Source: Nitrospirota bacterium
Lineage (GTDB): Bacteria; Nitrospirota; Nitrospiria; 2-01-FULL-66-17
Assembly (NCBI GenBank): GCA_049325335.1
Contig: JBMOMC010000002.1
Span: forward strand, 352,001-416,000
DNA length: 64,000 nucleotides
Direction: 5' to 3'
The notes beneath the pieces are model-generated. The model was not told where the DNA came from. It did no database searches and saw only the letters and a list, made by a program, of their open reading frames with translations. A program made the translations under genes and the position numbers. Below, one piece after another: positions 63,840 to 64,000 of the stretch (the stretch's first letter is position 1; each line of letters opens with the position of its first letter).

Positions 63840-64000
63840 ATGGAGCCGATTCAACGAACGGACATCAAAGCCCTTCCGGAGTATGAACCGGTCCGCGACG
63901 CCTCGCGACGCGAGGTGATTGCCTTGAAGAAGGCGCGCCGCGTGCTGCTTGGAGACTGCGTGTCATTGGTGTTCGAGAATCGCCGGACCGTCGCGCACCA
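63840..64000 (+). CDS. DUF3501 family protein (runs off the window end)
   Basis: MEPIQRTDI..EYE.VR..RREVIALKKARRV.LG..VSLVFENRRTV; usual third gene after rubrerythrin and the FeS oxidoreductase. Confidence 0.85.
   Translation, partial: MEPIQRTDIKALPEYEPVRDASRREVIALKKARRVLLGDCVSLVFENRRTVAH

Noticed and set aside
62059..64000. Rubrerythrin-FeS oxidoreductase-DUF3501 triad as a novel system
   Set aside because: It is an already recognised conserved gene cluster associated with short aerobic-type rubrerythrins.

Overview
64 kb of a high-GC bacterial chromosome. It is most likely Nitrospirota (inferred from the yicC-gmk-rpoZ-coaBC-TPR-roadblock-aroQ-efp-accB-accC-thiE order, a small Nitrospira-type CxxC..CxxC protein and an extended RpoZ). 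Most of the window is housekeeping: lptFG, miaB, manC/PMM, oppABC, copA, monomeric icd, tatD, hflX, nth, mtnB, bioF/bioD, clpS, a rubrerythrin-FeS oxidoreductase-DUF3501 triad and tRNA-Ala(GGC). Four things stand out. (1) A two-gene locus at 29.0-34.4 kb encodes a 1329-aa secreted protein (monoheme cytochrome c + FN3-like + FG-GAP + nine Ig/IPT domains, eight in exact 312-bp register) and a secreted beta-propeller carrying the same type of monoheme domain. (2) A family of four ~125-170 bp structured intergenic elements shows clear base-pair covariation, and each lies in the sense orientation directly after a stop codon; a related 180-bp TIR element and a TIR-flanked RAYT/HUH transposase also occur. 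(3) Two genes probably use non-canonical starts (ATT, ATC) and several look leaderless. (4) There are homologs resembling myxobacterial polarity/type IV pilus regulators. All calls come from motif recognition by eye; no database searches or folding programs were run.
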